The notes: a model not told the origin generated them from the sequence alone. Shown: positions 27,563-37,331, counted from the stretch's first letter. The stretch is 64,000 nt of DNA from an uncultured Pseudomonadales bacterium (GCA_964583625.1 CAZOVA010000003.1:5038-69037); one strand, 5' to 3'. A program made the numbers and translations.

Positions 27563-28380
27563 GTCTTTTTAATTTCCTCAATAGCTTGCAAAGCTTCTTT
27601 TTGACTAAGCTTTTTAGCATGATAAAGATAATTGTTTTCCATAAAACTCACCCCTTTACCAGGAGTGGTTTTACAAATAATAGCCTTTGGGCGGGGAGAT
27701 TTTTTTATTTTTTGCCAAGCATTATCTAGGGAAGTAAAACTATGGCCATTGGCTTCTACCGCAGTGAAACCAAAAGCTATCAGTTTGGCTTGCAAATTAC
27801 CCAAGTTGAGAATTTCTTTAGTGAGGCCGCTCTGCTGAATGCCGTTTTGGTCAATCAAAACGGTCAAATTTTTTAACTGATAATGACTAGCAAAAAGATA
27901 GGCCTCCCACACTTGTCCCTCATTTTGTTCACCGTCAGTACTTAAGACAAATACTTTTTGAGAACTTTTTTCCTGAAGAAGACCATAGGCAAGACCAGTC
28001 GCCATGGATATGCCCTGACCCAAAGGTCCGCCAGTATTTTCTATACCCAAATCTAGATTTCTTTCTGGATGTCCTTGGAGAGGAGAGCCAAACTTTCTTA
28101 AAGTCGGTAGTAAATCAGCTTTGAAGTAGCCAGCTTGAACCAAAGCAGCATACCAGGCAGGAGCTAAATGTCCCGCACTCAAAAGAAAATAATCTCTCTC
28201 CTGCCAGCGCGGATTTTGTGGCTTCTTTTTTAGTTTTTCCTGATAAAGCCAAGTAAAAATTTCCGCACTACCAAGAGAACTAGCGGGGTGGCCACTGCCA
28301 GCCGTTGCCAGCATAGCAATGACTGCCTGCCTCAATAAACAAGCTTGTTTTTTTAGTTTTTCCACTTGCACTTTTTCCAC
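27556..28380 (-). CDS. Transketolase, N-terminal (TPP-binding) subunit
   Basis: GHPxxxxxG...STDGEQNEG (GDG-like) TPP motif; overlaps C-subunit start. Confidence 0.85.
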   Translation of the reverse strand: MEKVQVEKLKKQACLLRQAVIAMLATAGSGHPASSLGSAEIFTWLYQEKLKKKPQNPRWQERDYFLLSAGHLAPAWYAALVQAGYFKADLLPTLRKFGSPLQGHPERNLDLGIENTGGPLGQGISMATGLAYGLLQEKSSQKVFVLSTDGEQNEGQVWEAYLFASHYQLKNLTVLIDQNGIQQSGLTKEILNLGNLQAKLIAFGFTAVEANGHSFTSLDNAWQKIKKSPRPKAIICKTTPGKGVSFMENNYLYHAKKLSQKEALQAIEEIKKTC

Positions 28381-28456
28381 TTTCCCATTATAGCAAGTTT
28401 TCCCTGTTCATGCTAGAAGAAAGAAAAACCCACTAAATAATGGGCTGCTTTTTTAC

Positions 28457-28485
28457 TTGACAGAAGATATCCTATATGTTATAAT
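28457..28485 (+). promoter_or_regulatory. Strong sigma70-type promoter: TTGACA-N17-TATAAT with CCTATATGT extended -10
   Basis: TTGACA 28457-28462, TATAAT 28480-28485. Confidence 0.55.
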
Positions 28486-28523
28486 AATCTGTACTTTGAT
28501 ATAGTTATCAAGAAAGCAATTTT

Positions 28524-29672
28524 ATGGTAGAAATTCAATTTGAAAATCAAGGTAGCCCAGATTCTTTCAAATCTGAGCCAAGAGGACCAGTGGTCAGTGA
28601 GATCAATCCTCCCGAAAAATCTAGAAAAATTACCCCTTTAATTTTGGGTATTTTATTAGCTTTGATTAGTGGCAGTATTTTGTTTGCTCAAGTTTATTTA
28701 AAAAAACCCAAACAAGAAGCCGACGAAACGATGATTGCTAGTCGAGAACCAAAAGTTCAAGAGCAAGATTTATTAATTGAAGAATCAGAGCCGCAAAATA
28801 GTCGCCTGACGGCTAGTGTCCGGCCAGCAATTGAGGGCACAGAAAAACCAGTCACTCCTACCAAAGAAGTAAAAAAACCCTCAACCGAAGAAAAAACCGC
28901 TGCGATAGTGACTAAGGGAGGAGAAGTAGTTTTAACACCTCAGACTCCAGTGATCGTTACCCCTAAACCAGTTAGTCCTAAGCCAGTCGTGATTGCGCCT
29001 GCTGTTAAAGTGGTCAACTATGGGCAATTGCGTGGTGAAGTAATTGTCAATGGCAGTGTGCCAGATAAGAGTTCTATCTTGGTATTATATCGCACCTCAG
29101 GTCAGCAAAATTTTACCGCTGGTCCCCGTTTGAAAGCAGAAAATGGTGTTTCTTGGTCTTTCAATTTACCAACAGACAAAAACTATGAAATAGTTCTCGC
29201 TTGGCAAATAAATGAAAATAATTATATTACTAGTCAAGCAGTGAGTGTAAGAGCTCCAAGTAATTTACGCACCACTTTCAATTTTGGCTCTCAGGCAAGC
29301 AATGATTGTCAAACTTGTTGCCAAAACTGTTGCCAAAATTGTCAGTCTTCTCAAAAGACCAGTTATATTAATAAACCAGATCGCCCCATTTTAGATACTT
29401 GTGGCAGCTGGAGCAATGATCGTCATCAAGCTAAATTGGTTTTGCCAAAATTTGTCCACGGCGAACCAATTAGCTATCAGGTGCAGATTGGTAGCGATCA
29501 GGGACGGAATGATTTTTATGATCACATTTTTGATCAAGATCAGAGAGTAGTTTTTGATTATGCTTTGGAAAATAACAAAGATTATTATATCCGTTTCCGA
29601 GTTAAAACTAAAAATAGCGGTGATAGTTATGGAGATTGGTCTGATACTTTGAAGTTTAAGTGTCAAAGATAA
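28524..29672 (+). CDS. Membrane-anchored secreted protein with Pro-rich linker and Cys-rich CQTCCQNCCQNCQ segment
   Basis: TM anchor at residues about 37-58, PKPVSPKPVV repeats, Cys cluster encoded by a short tandem DNA repeat (TGTTGCCAAAA)x2. Confidence 0.5.
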   Translation: MVEIQFENQGSPDSFKSEPRGPVVSEINPPEKSRKITPLILGILLALISGSILFAQVYLKKPKQEADETMIASREPKVQEQDLLIEESEPQNSRLTASVRPAIEGTEKPVTPTKEVKKPSTEEKTAAIVTKGGEVVLTPQTPVIVTPKPVSPKPVVIAPAVKVVNYGQLRGEVIVNGSVPDKSSILVLYRTSGQQNFTAGPRLKAENGVSWSFNLPTDKNYEIVLAWQINENNYITSQAVSVRAPSNLRTTFNFGSQASNDCQTCCQNCCQNCQSSQKTSYINKPDRPILDTCGSWSNDRHQAKLVLPKFVHGEPISYQVQIGSDQGRNDFYDHIFDQDQRVVFDYALENNKDYYIRFRVKTKNSGDSYGDWSDTLKFKCQR

Positions 29673-29710
29673 ATTGTTTATTTAAAAAATTTAATTTTAA
29701 AAAGATTGAT

Positions 29711-29739
29711 CCCAAACTTGAAGAAGTTTGGGATTTTTC
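29711..29739 (+). terminator. Rho-independent terminator
   Basis: CCCAAACTT-GAAG-AAGTTTGGG then TTTTT. Confidence 0.55.
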
Positions 29740-29793
29740 TATGCTACAATGAATTATTAATTATTTTAATAAATATTAAAAAAATTTTAGAAT

Positions 29794-30660
29794 ATGCCTG
29801 ACCCCTATCTTGCTACTTGGATTTCGCACAGTAGTTTGAGTGATTATTTAGCTTGTCCGAGAGCCTATTTTTTGAAGAATGTTTACAAAGACCCGCAAAC
29901 TCGTCACAAATTACAAATAGTATCTCCTGCTCTTAGTTTGGGCAGCGCCGTCCATGAGGTTTTGGAAGACTTATCTCAGAAAAACACTCAGGAAAGATTC
30001 AAAGAAAGTCTTTTAATTCCCTATGAAAAGGTTTGGCAAAAATATCAAGGATTAGCTGGTGGGTTTATCAGCGAAACTTTGGAAAAAGAAGTTTTCCAAA
30101 GAGGCAGAGAGATGCTTTTGCGAGTGCAAGAAAAACCTGGTCCTTTGAAAAATTTAGCTGTGAAAATCAAAGGAGACTTGCCCAACTTTTTTCTAAGCGA
30201 AGAAGACAATCTTATCCTTTGTGGCAAGATCGATTGGTTAGAGTATTTACCAAAGGAACAAGCGGTGAGGATTATTGATTTCAAAACCAGTAAAAGTCAG
30301 GAAAGGGAAAGTTCCCTGCAATTACCCATCTATGCTCTTTTAGTTCATCATTGCCAACAATATCAAGTAGCTGGAGCCGCTTATTGGTATTTAGGCTTAC
30401 CTCAAGGTATAGTAGAGAAAATTTTACCCAGCTTAGACTCAGCTAGAGAGAAAGTTTTGACTTTGGGTAAAAAAGTTGCTTTAGCTCGGAAACTCAAAAC
30501 TTTCAAATGTCCCCACGGTGGGTGTCTGCACTGTGAACCTTATGAAAAAATTCTTCGTGGTGAGGCACAAAAAGTCGGCACTGATTCTAAGATGCGTCGA
30601 GACAATTATTTTCTTTCTTTGAATAAAAAACAAGACGAAGAATTAGAAGAAATTTTATAA
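29794..30660 (+). CDS. PD-(D/E)xK nuclease with 4-Cys Fe-S cluster (Cas4/AddB-nuclease-like, stand-alone)
   Basis: N-terminal Cys (LACPRAYF), GKIDWLE (D), IIDFKTSK ((D/E)xK), QLPIYALL (Q..Y), C-terminal CPHGGCLHC. Confidence 0.7.
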   Translation: MPDPYLATWISHSSLSDYLACPRAYFLKNVYKDPQTRHKLQIVSPALSLGSAVHEVLEDLSQKNTQERFKESLLIPYEKVWQKYQGLAGGFISETLEKEVFQRGREMLLRVQEKPGPLKNLAVKIKGDLPNFFLSEEDNLILCGKIDWLEYLPKEQAVRIIDFKTSKSQERESSLQLPIYALLVHHCQQYQVAGAAYWYLGLPQGIVEKILPSLDSAREKVLTLGKKVALARKLKTFKCPHGGCLHCEPYEKILRGEAQKVGTDSKMRRDNYFLSLNKKQDEELEEIL

Positions 30661-30662
30661 TC

Positions 30663-31643
30663 ATGGCTTCCATCATTGAGACTGTCAGTCCACTAAATAT
30701 TCTGGAAGAAAAAAGTAAATTTCAGCAGGATCAAAACTACAATCCTCAGTTTATTTATGGTCAGGTTTTCACAACTGATCTTTTATATGCTTATGGGCAA
30801 CCGCAAGCTCAATATTTAGACTTTGCTCAACAATATCTTCAACAAATTACGCCCAAACTTTTTTCTCAAAAAAAGCCAGAAAAAGTTTTAACTCAAAGAG
30901 AGATTAGTCAACAAACGAGAAAATTGTTTAACCAACTCAAACTTAATCCGCCCTTAATTCACTGGCAAAATATACCTGGACCAGCTAAAAGAAAAAAAGA
31001 AACTTTAATTTTTAATCCTCAAGCAAAAATAACCTCTTTAAGTTTGGCTGGCATTTTAGCTCATGAAGTGCAGACTCATCTTTTGCGCTCGCATAATCAG
31101 AGCCTGCAAACGCTGAAGCGGAGCAAGAGTAGAGATTATGCTCGCACTGAAGAGGGCCTAGCCGTCCTCAATAGTCGTTTTGCTCAGCAAAAAATAGACT
31201 TTACTTCTGTTTGCCAACGCTATTTGGTCTGTTCTTGGGCGATGGAGGGAAGCTTTGCCTCTGTTTTTGCTCGTTTTCGTCAATTCTCTAATTTTACCTT
31301 TGAGCGGGCTTGGAATTATACCGTTCGAGTGAAAAGAGGTCTAACTGATACCAGCGAAAAAGGCGGCTTTGTCAAAGACATTGTTTATCTTGAAGGTCTA
31401 TTAGCTGTCTTTAGCTGGCTCTTACAACCAGAAAATAAACTAAGCGATCTTTATTTAGGAAAAATTAGTTTGGATCAGGTAGAAGAATATCGTCAAGCCG
31501 CGCAAAAAGAAGACTTAATTTACCCGACCTTTATTGGGGCTCAGGGACAGGTGAGCCCTGATTATCTGGACTTTTTACAGTCTTGCAAACAACAGCTGGG
31601 ACTGCTCCTGCCCGAAAAAATTCGTCTCGGCCACAATAATTAA
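30663..31643 (+). CDS. DUF1704 family protein (QEGLA-motif protein; HExxH Zn-peptidase-like, MATCAP-related)
   Basis: HEVQTH zinc-binding motif and TEEGLAV (QEGLA-like) motif; 2-nt gap after the nuclease gene. Confidence 0.65.
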   Translation: MASIIETVSPLNILEEKSKFQQDQNYNPQFIYGQVFTTDLLYAYGQPQAQYLDFAQQYLQQITPKLFSQKKPEKVLTQREISQQTRKLFNQLKLNPPLIHWQNIPGPAKRKKETLIFNPQAKITSLSLAGILAHEVQTHLLRSHNQSLQTLKRSKSRDYARTEEGLAVLNSRFAQQKIDFTSVCQRYLVCSWAMEGSFASVFARFRQFSNFTFERAWNYTVRVKRGLTDTSEKGGFVKDIVYLEGLLAVFSWLLQPENKLSDLYLGKISLDQVEEYRQAAQKEDLIYPTFIGAQGQVSPDYLDFLQSCKQQLGLLLPEKIRLGHNN

Positions 31644-33888
31644 CTTCTTCAATGGTAGCTGGACGAGAAAAAACATGTGGCTCTTCAGTCTTGAGCTGAG
31701 TATTAATAATTTTTTGCCAAATTGGAGAAGCCCCAGTAATACCAGAAGCGACATAACTCATTGTGCGATTATCATTATTGCCTACCCAAACTGCCACTAA
31801 GCGATCAGTAGTATAGCCAATTGTCCAGTTATCACGTAAATTATTGGTTGTACCAGTCTTGACTGCTACCTCTTGTCCAGGAATATAGAGAACACTTTGC
31901 GGTCCAAAAGCTGGTGTTCTGGCTCGATTATCGCTCAAGATACTATTGATTTGATAACTAGTTGCCTCACTGAGAGTTCTTTCACCTGAACATTGTTGAT
32001 TGAGAGCGCATTTATTTTGGTAAATTAATTTTCCTTGATAATCAAAAATTTCTAAGAAAGGGTCTTCTTCGATGGTGATCCCACCATTAGCAAAAGTGCC
32101 ATAAAGTTGGGCAATATCAATCATTCTCACTTCACCCCCTCCCAAAGTTAGAGATAAACCAAAGCGAGAACGATCTTTCCAAGTGGTAATTCCCATTTTT
32201 TCTGCCAAGTCAATTTCTGCATTCAAACCGACAGCGTCTAAAAGTTTGACCGCGGGAATATTGTAAGATGAAGCTAAAGCTTCTCTCAAGGTTACTTGTC
32301 CATGAAATTTTCCATCATAGTTTTTCGGACTATAATCAGGTCCGCCGCGAAAACGATAAGTAATGGGAGCATCCAAAATTAAACTAGCGGGATGATAACC
32401 ACTTTCTAAAGCTAGAGCATAAGTTAATGGTTTGATCGATGAACCTGGCTGTCTTTCGCGCAAAGTAACATTTACCATCCCATCATTGGCGAAATCAAAA
32501 TAATTTTTACTCCCCACCATCGCTAAAATCTCACCCGTTTTAGGATTGGTGACCAAAGCCGCGCCATTGGAAACTCGCAAACGAGCGAGATTGGTAATTT
32601 CATCAGTGACAATTTTTTGCACTTGATTTTGCAAAGGCAAATCAAGAGTGGTCCTCACTACCAAACCACCACTATTAACCATTTCCTCGCCATATTTTTC
32701 TGATAGTAAACGTCTAACATACATAACAAAATGAGGCGCTTCAATAGTAAGAGCTGAGTTTTTAAAAAGCAGTTCTTCTTCATTGGCGGCAATCTCTTGT
32801 TCGAGAGAAATATAACCATCTTCTCTCATTCTTCTTAAAACTTCAGCGCGCCTAGCATATGATTCTCCCAAATTATCAGCATAGGGCGAATAACGACTCG
32901 GAGCTTGAGGTAAACCTGCTAAAAAAGCACTTTCTGCCAAAGTGAGATTTTTGGCATTTTTACCAAAAAAAGTGACAGCTGCTTGTTCAATGCCATAAAT
33001 CGGACCGCCATAATTCACCTCATTTAAATACATTTCCAGAATTTGCTCTTTGCTATAATTTCCCTCTACCAAAACCGCCAAAATAACTTCTTTTATTTTT
33101 CTAGTGAAAGTTTTTTCTCGACTTAGTAAACGAAGTTTGACCAATTGCTGAGTGATGGTGGAAGCACCTTGAGAAATGGTGCCTGTTTGTCGATTAACGA
33201 CAAAGGCTCGAGTAATAGCTTTTAAATCAAAGCCATTATGTTGATAAAAACTCCGATCTTCAATTGCTATAGTGGCTTGCAATACCCAAGGAGAAATTTG
33301 ACTTAAGGCAATAGGAGTGCGATTTTCGTCTTCATAAATACTGAAAAGTAAATGATTATTGCGATCCAAAACTTTTGTCGTCATTGACTGTTTTTTTTCA
33401 ATCAGTTCACTAACCAAGGGCAAATTGGTAAAAATATTTTCATATGTCCACCAAGAGCCATATAAAATAGCAAAAGTTAGGGTAAAAGAAATTATTAACC
33501 AAATAGTTTGCCCTAGACGCCAACCGTCTTTGCGTAAAATCAGTTTTTGCTGCTCTTTGAGATATTGATCGATTTTCTTCTGATTGGCTTTTTTTATTTT
33601 TGACTTTTGTCTCCAAAGTTTATGCCAATAAAGAAGAAAGGTGCGTCGTCCTTCGCGCCACTGCCAACGAGTGGTTTTTTGCCAAAAAGAACTTATTTTA
33701 TTATAACGATAACGTTTTTTGGTTGTCTTTTTCTTTTTTAACCATTTTTTTTGCCACTGCTTGAGCTTTTTTTGGCTCTGAGGGAGCCATTGTTTGTGAT
33801 ATTTTTTTTGCCAAAAAAGCCAGAGAGCTAGTAATTTAGCCAAAAATAATTGACAGTTAATTTTCCAATTAAAATACCATGACTTCAT
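31531..33888 (-). CDS. Class A penicillin-binding protein (bifunctional GT51 transglycosylase/transpeptidase), copy 1
   Basis: GT51 motifs (EDRSFYQHNG, QGASTITQQL), TP motifs (SSIKP, KTGTTN); Lys-rich cytoplasmic tail; 113-nt convergent overlap with the DUF1704 gene. Confidence 0.85.
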   Translation of the reverse strand: MKSWYFNWKINCQLFLAKLLALWLFWQKKYHKQWLPQSQKKLKQWQKKWLKKKKTTKKRYRYNKISSFWQKTTRWQWREGRRTFLLYWHKLWRQKSKIKKANQKKIDQYLKEQQKLILRKDGWRLGQTIWLIISFTLTFAILYGSWWTYENIFTNLPLVSELIEKKQSMTTKVLDRNNHLLFSIYEDENRTPIALSQISPWVLQATIAIEDRSFYQHNGFDLKAITRAFVVNRQTGTISQGASTITQQLVKLRLLSREKTFTRKIKEVILAVLVEGNYSKEQILEMYLNEVNYGGPIYGIEQAAVTFFGKNAKNLTLAESAFLAGLPQAPSRYSPYADNLGESYARRAEVLRRMREDGYISLEQEIAANEEELLFKNSALTIEAPHFVMYVRRLLSEKYGEEMVNSGGLVVRTTLDLPLQNQVQKIVTDEITNLARLRVSNGAALVTNPKTGEILAMVGSKNYFDFANDGMVNVTLRERQPGSSIKPLTYALALESGYHPASLILDAPITYRFRGGPDYSPKNYDGKFHGQVTLREALASSYNIPAVKLLDAVGLNAEIDLAEKMGITTWKDRSRFGLSLTLGGGEVRMIDIAQLYGTFANGGITIEEDPFLEIFDYQGKLIYQNKCALNQQCSGERTLSEATSYQINSILSDNRARTPAFGPQSVLYIPGQEVAVKTGTTNNLRDNWTIGYTTDRLVAVWVGNNDNRTMSYVASGITGASPIWQKIINTQLKTEEPHVFSRPATIEEVNYCGRDEFFRAGAVPAVVCKTVKSPDNQGSPVPEPQ

Positions 33889-33948
33889 TAGTCCTATATT
33901 ATATCATAATCATACAAAAAATATCAGTCAATTATAATCAAAGTTGGA

Positions 33949-35745
33949 TTATTTTTTTCTTTGTACCCAGAAACGACAAAAATCTGCCACTTTTAAGTTT
34001 TTCAGATCAAAAACTGCTCGATTATCGGTGGGTAAACCAGCGCCGATTTCCAAATTACTACACAACTGATCATTAAGAAGGAAATATTTTTCTCCATGGC
34101 CAAAATCAAAGCTTAGATAATCAATTTGAGCTTCTCTGAGCTGATCCTGAACACTTTTTTCTGGTCTGCAACTACGGCTATCAAAAGCAATTAGTTTAAT
34201 TGCTGAGGGATTATCTAGCTCTTTCAAGTCAAAGCAATTATTTTTCCAAGTAATATTTTCCCAGGAAAAATTTTCTTTTTGCCAGCTCTCTTTTACCTGG
34301 AAAATATTTTTTTCATTAATTAAATCGGCATAATAAAGATAATTCATCCAAGTGACACGATTGTCATTGGCCCATACCTCAATTGTCGATTCAGGTTTTT
34401 GTTGTTGGAGATAGTAAGTTAAAACTTTGTCCGCAGCGAAGGGGTCGGCGAGGCTGGTAAAAGGCAGGCGAAAAAAATATAACCAAGCAAAATAAATAAT
34501 ACTTAAAAGATAAAAGCTGATTAAAGCTAGTCGCCAATAAAATTTCTTATTTTGCCAAATGACCCCCGCTCCAATCCCAGCCAAAATCAATAAAGGCACC
34601 AGTCGAAAAGAAGCTCGATAAAAAAACCACCGACCATCAGCTATGAGAGCGGGAGCCGGAGCCACCAGCAATAAGAGGAGGACAAAAATTAAAGTATTGT
34701 TCATCTTTTTCTTCATTAAAAAACCCAGCGCAATTAAGATTAAACAAAAATCTATTAAGTAGAAAATTCCGTGTTGGTGGACAAGATAAAACATTTTTCC
34801 TTCATCGCCATTGGTGAGAAAAAGTGTATTTAAATTGTAAGTTTCTAGAAAACGACTAACTATTTCTTTTAAGGTAAGCATAAAAGGATGGTTGAGAAAA
34901 TTAAGGTTTGAGGATAAAGTTTGTTGTCTTAAAAGTGATGATTGAGTAGCAAATTCGCTTGGATGCAGCATTTTAGCTGTTCGAGAATAGCTAGTTTGTT
35001 TAGGTAAAAATAGTAAAAGGTGGACAGTGCTAATTAAAATCATCGCTATAGTCAAAAGCAAAGACGGCAAAACTTTCTTTTTGTTAAAAGCGAAGCGCTT
35101 TTTATCAGTTTGCCACTCTTTAATCAATTGATAAAGACACAAAACTAAAACTAAAACAGGAATTAAAACCTTATAACCTTGATACTGATAAAAAGAAACT
35201 AGGAAAGGTAAAAAAGAAAAAAGCTTGCCCCAGTTCTGCAATTTTAAAAATAAAAAAACTCCCAAAACGGCGAAAAATAAACTACTCACTCCATCAGTGC
35301 CAAGACGTCCACTTTGCCAAATGAAAGGATTAAAAAAAGCGATGAGCAAAGTTGACCAGAAAAAAGTTTTTTCTTGAGTAATTTCTTTGACTATAGCAGC
35401 AATAAAGTAAGGTAAAAGCAAACTCATGATGATAAAAGGTAAAAGGCTGCGAACAGATAAAGGTAAAAAACTCAAACCTAGCCAAGGCATTAAAAGAGTG
35501 GTTGTCAATTCGCCATACATTGGCATTACCGGCTTTAAGCTCCAAGGAGTCCAATTATTATCTAAATTAGTTCCAGAGAAAAAAGCACTTTGAGCTTGAA
35601 GCAGATAAATGGTTTCATCATATTGACGAGTGAAAGGGAGATTTCCTAATTGAAAAAAACGACTGCTAAGAACTAGCACAATAAATAGAAAAACCCCCAT
35701 CATGATTAGTGGAAACTTAAATTTATTTTTCCTTTTTTGTCGCAT
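33949..35745 (-). CDS. GT-C-type integral membrane glycosyltransferase-like protein (ArnT/PMT-like topology)
   Basis: 598 aa, more than 12 TM helices in the N-terminal two thirds plus a C-terminal extracytoplasmic domain. Confidence 0.5.
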   Translation of the reverse strand: MRQKRKNKFKFPLIMMGVFLFIVLVLSSRFFQLGNLPFTRQYDETIYLLQAQSAFFSGTNLDNNWTPWSLKPVMPMYGELTTTLLMPWLGLSFLPLSVRSLLPFIIMSLLLPYFIAAIVKEITQEKTFFWSTLLIAFFNPFIWQSGRLGTDGVSSLFFAVLGVFLFLKLQNWGKLFSFLPFLVSFYQYQGYKVLIPVLVLVLCLYQLIKEWQTDKKRFAFNKKKVLPSLLLTIAMILISTVHLLLFLPKQTSYSRTAKMLHPSEFATQSSLLRQQTLSSNLNFLNHPFMLTLKEIVSRFLETYNLNTLFLTNGDEGKMFYLVHQHGIFYLIDFCLILIALGFLMKKKMNNTLIFVLLLLLVAPAPALIADGRWFFYRASFRLVPLLILAGIGAGVIWQNKKFYWRLALISFYLLSIIYFAWLYFFRLPFTSLADPFAADKVLTYYLQQQKPESTIEVWANDNRVTWMNYLYYADLINEKNIFQVKESWQKENFSWENITWKNNCFDLKELDNPSAIKLIAFDSRSCRPEKSVQDQLREAQIDYLSFDFGHGEKYFLLNDQLCSNLEIGAGLPTDNRAVFDLKNLKVADFCRFWVQRKK

Positions 35746-35852
35746 AAAGTCTTGTTGATTATAGCATGGTCGGTAATTTTCTGATGGAAATTCTAGCTTT
35801 TTAAAAGCAATGTTATTTTTTTGTTATTTTTATTTTTAAAATATTTTTATTA

Positions 35853-37325
35853 ATGAAAAAAAATTTTCTGCTAAAAAAGACTTTAATTGCTAACTTACAA
35901 AATTTATTAAAGGAAAACTTTGGCTATCAGACTTTTCGTCCTGGACAACTAGAAATCATTCTCCCTCTTTTATCTGGGCGTGATGTTTTGGCTATTTTAC
36001 CCACTGGCGGCGGTAAAAGTCTGTGTTTTCAAATTCCCGGTTTGTATTTAGGCGGGACCACGATTGTTATTTCACCCTTGATTTCTCTAATGCAAGACCA
36101 AGTTCACCATTTAGAAAAATTAAATATTCGGGCCACCTATCTTAATAGCACTTTGAGCTTGTCAGAAAAAGAATTGCGAATACAAAAAATACTGACTGGC
36201 TATTACCAGTTTGTTTATCTTGCTCCCGAAAGACTTTGCCAATTAAGTTTTATAAAAATTTGTCGACAGATCAATATCCCTCTGGTGGCGATTGACGAAG
36301 CACATTGTATTAGTCTTTGGGGAAATGATTTTCGTCCTCACTATCGACAAATAAAAAATTTTATATCTTCTTTACCTCTGAGACCAAGAATAGCTGCTTT
36401 CACTGCTACCGCTGACCTAAAAACGCGAAAAGATATTATCAAGAGTTTGGCTTTAGATTCTCCCTTAATTTATCAAAAAAGTTTTGCTCGTAAAAACTTA
36501 TGTCTCTTTTTGCGCATTTGCCAGAACGATCACGATCAGCTACTCTTTTTACTGTTTTTATTGAAGAAACATCAAGGTCAAAGTGGCCTGATCTATGTTT
36601 TAACTAGAAAGAGAGCCTTAGAACTTTACCAGCAAGTGACTCGTTTTTATCCCACTTTGAAGTCAATAGATTTTTATCATGGTGGTCTAGAAAAAAATCA
36701 AAGACAAAAAATTCAAACTGAATTTATGGCTGGGCGGTTAAAAGTTTTGATTGCAACTAATGCCTTTGGTTTAGGAATTGATTATGGTGGAATTCGTTTT
36801 GTCATTCATGCTCAAATGAGTAGTAATTTAGAAAATTATTTTCAAGAAATTGGTCGAGCTGGCAGAGACGGTCAGTTGGCTAACTGTTATGTCCTTTGTT
36901 GTCAAAAAGATTTACAAATTTCGGCACAAATGATTGCTCGTCAACCAGTAGCTAGTTGGCAGCGAAAAATAATTTTGCAAAAAAAACTGACAGAAGTCTT
37001 AACTTTCTTGCGAAGCAAAAATTGTCGCCAAAATTTTATTTTGCGCGCTTTTGATGAAAAAACTTCTTGGCGTTGTCAGCAATGCGACAATTGTCAGAAA
37101 AAAGCCCTCACTTATTCTTCCTTAGTGCGCAAAAGATTTACTGCTTGGCAAAATTGGCGACAAACCCTCGCCCAGAGATTGCAACTTTTGCCTTCATCGA
37201 TTATCACTGATCTTTCTTTGAGTTATCTCACTCTTTGCGATCATCGGACATTTTCAGATTTATCTATTATTCCTGGAATTGGTACTGGTTTTCTTCGTCA
37301 TTACAAAAAATATTTGCCCAAATAA
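35853..37325 (+). CDS. recQ: RecQ-family ATP-dependent DNA helicase
   Basis: Walker A (PTGGGKS), DEAH (DEAHCIS), RecQ zinc-binding Cys cluster (CRQNF...CQQCDNC). Confidence 0.85.
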   Translation: MKKNFLLKKTLIANLQNLLKENFGYQTFRPGQLEIILPLLSGRDVLAILPTGGGKSLCFQIPGLYLGGTTIVISPLISLMQDQVHHLEKLNIRATYLNSTLSLSEKELRIQKILTGYYQFVYLAPERLCQLSFIKICRQINIPLVAIDEAHCISLWGNDFRPHYRQIKNFISSLPLRPRIAAFTATADLKTRKDIIKSLALDSPLIYQKSFARKNLCLFLRICQNDHDQLLFLLFLLKKHQGQSGLIYVLTRKRALELYQQVTRFYPTLKSIDFYHGGLEKNQRQKIQTEFMAGRLKVLIATNAFGLGIDYGGIRFVIHAQMSSNLENYFQEIGRAGRDGQLANCYVLCCQKDLQISAQMIARQPVASWQRKIILQKKLTEVLTFLRSKNCRQNFILRAFDEKTSWRCQQCDNCQKKALTYSSLVRKRFTAWQNWRQTLAQRLQLLPSSIITDLSLSYLTLCDHRTFSDLSIIPGIGTGFLRHYKKYLPK

Positions 37326-37331
37326 ATAAAA

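Noticed and set aside
29280-29345. Short tandem DNA repeat (TGTTGCCAAAAC/TGTTGCCAAAAT) as a possible CRISPR or repeat element
   Set aside because: Only about 2 units, it lies in-frame inside a CDS and encodes the CQNCCQNC motif, so it is coding low complexity and not a CRISPR array.
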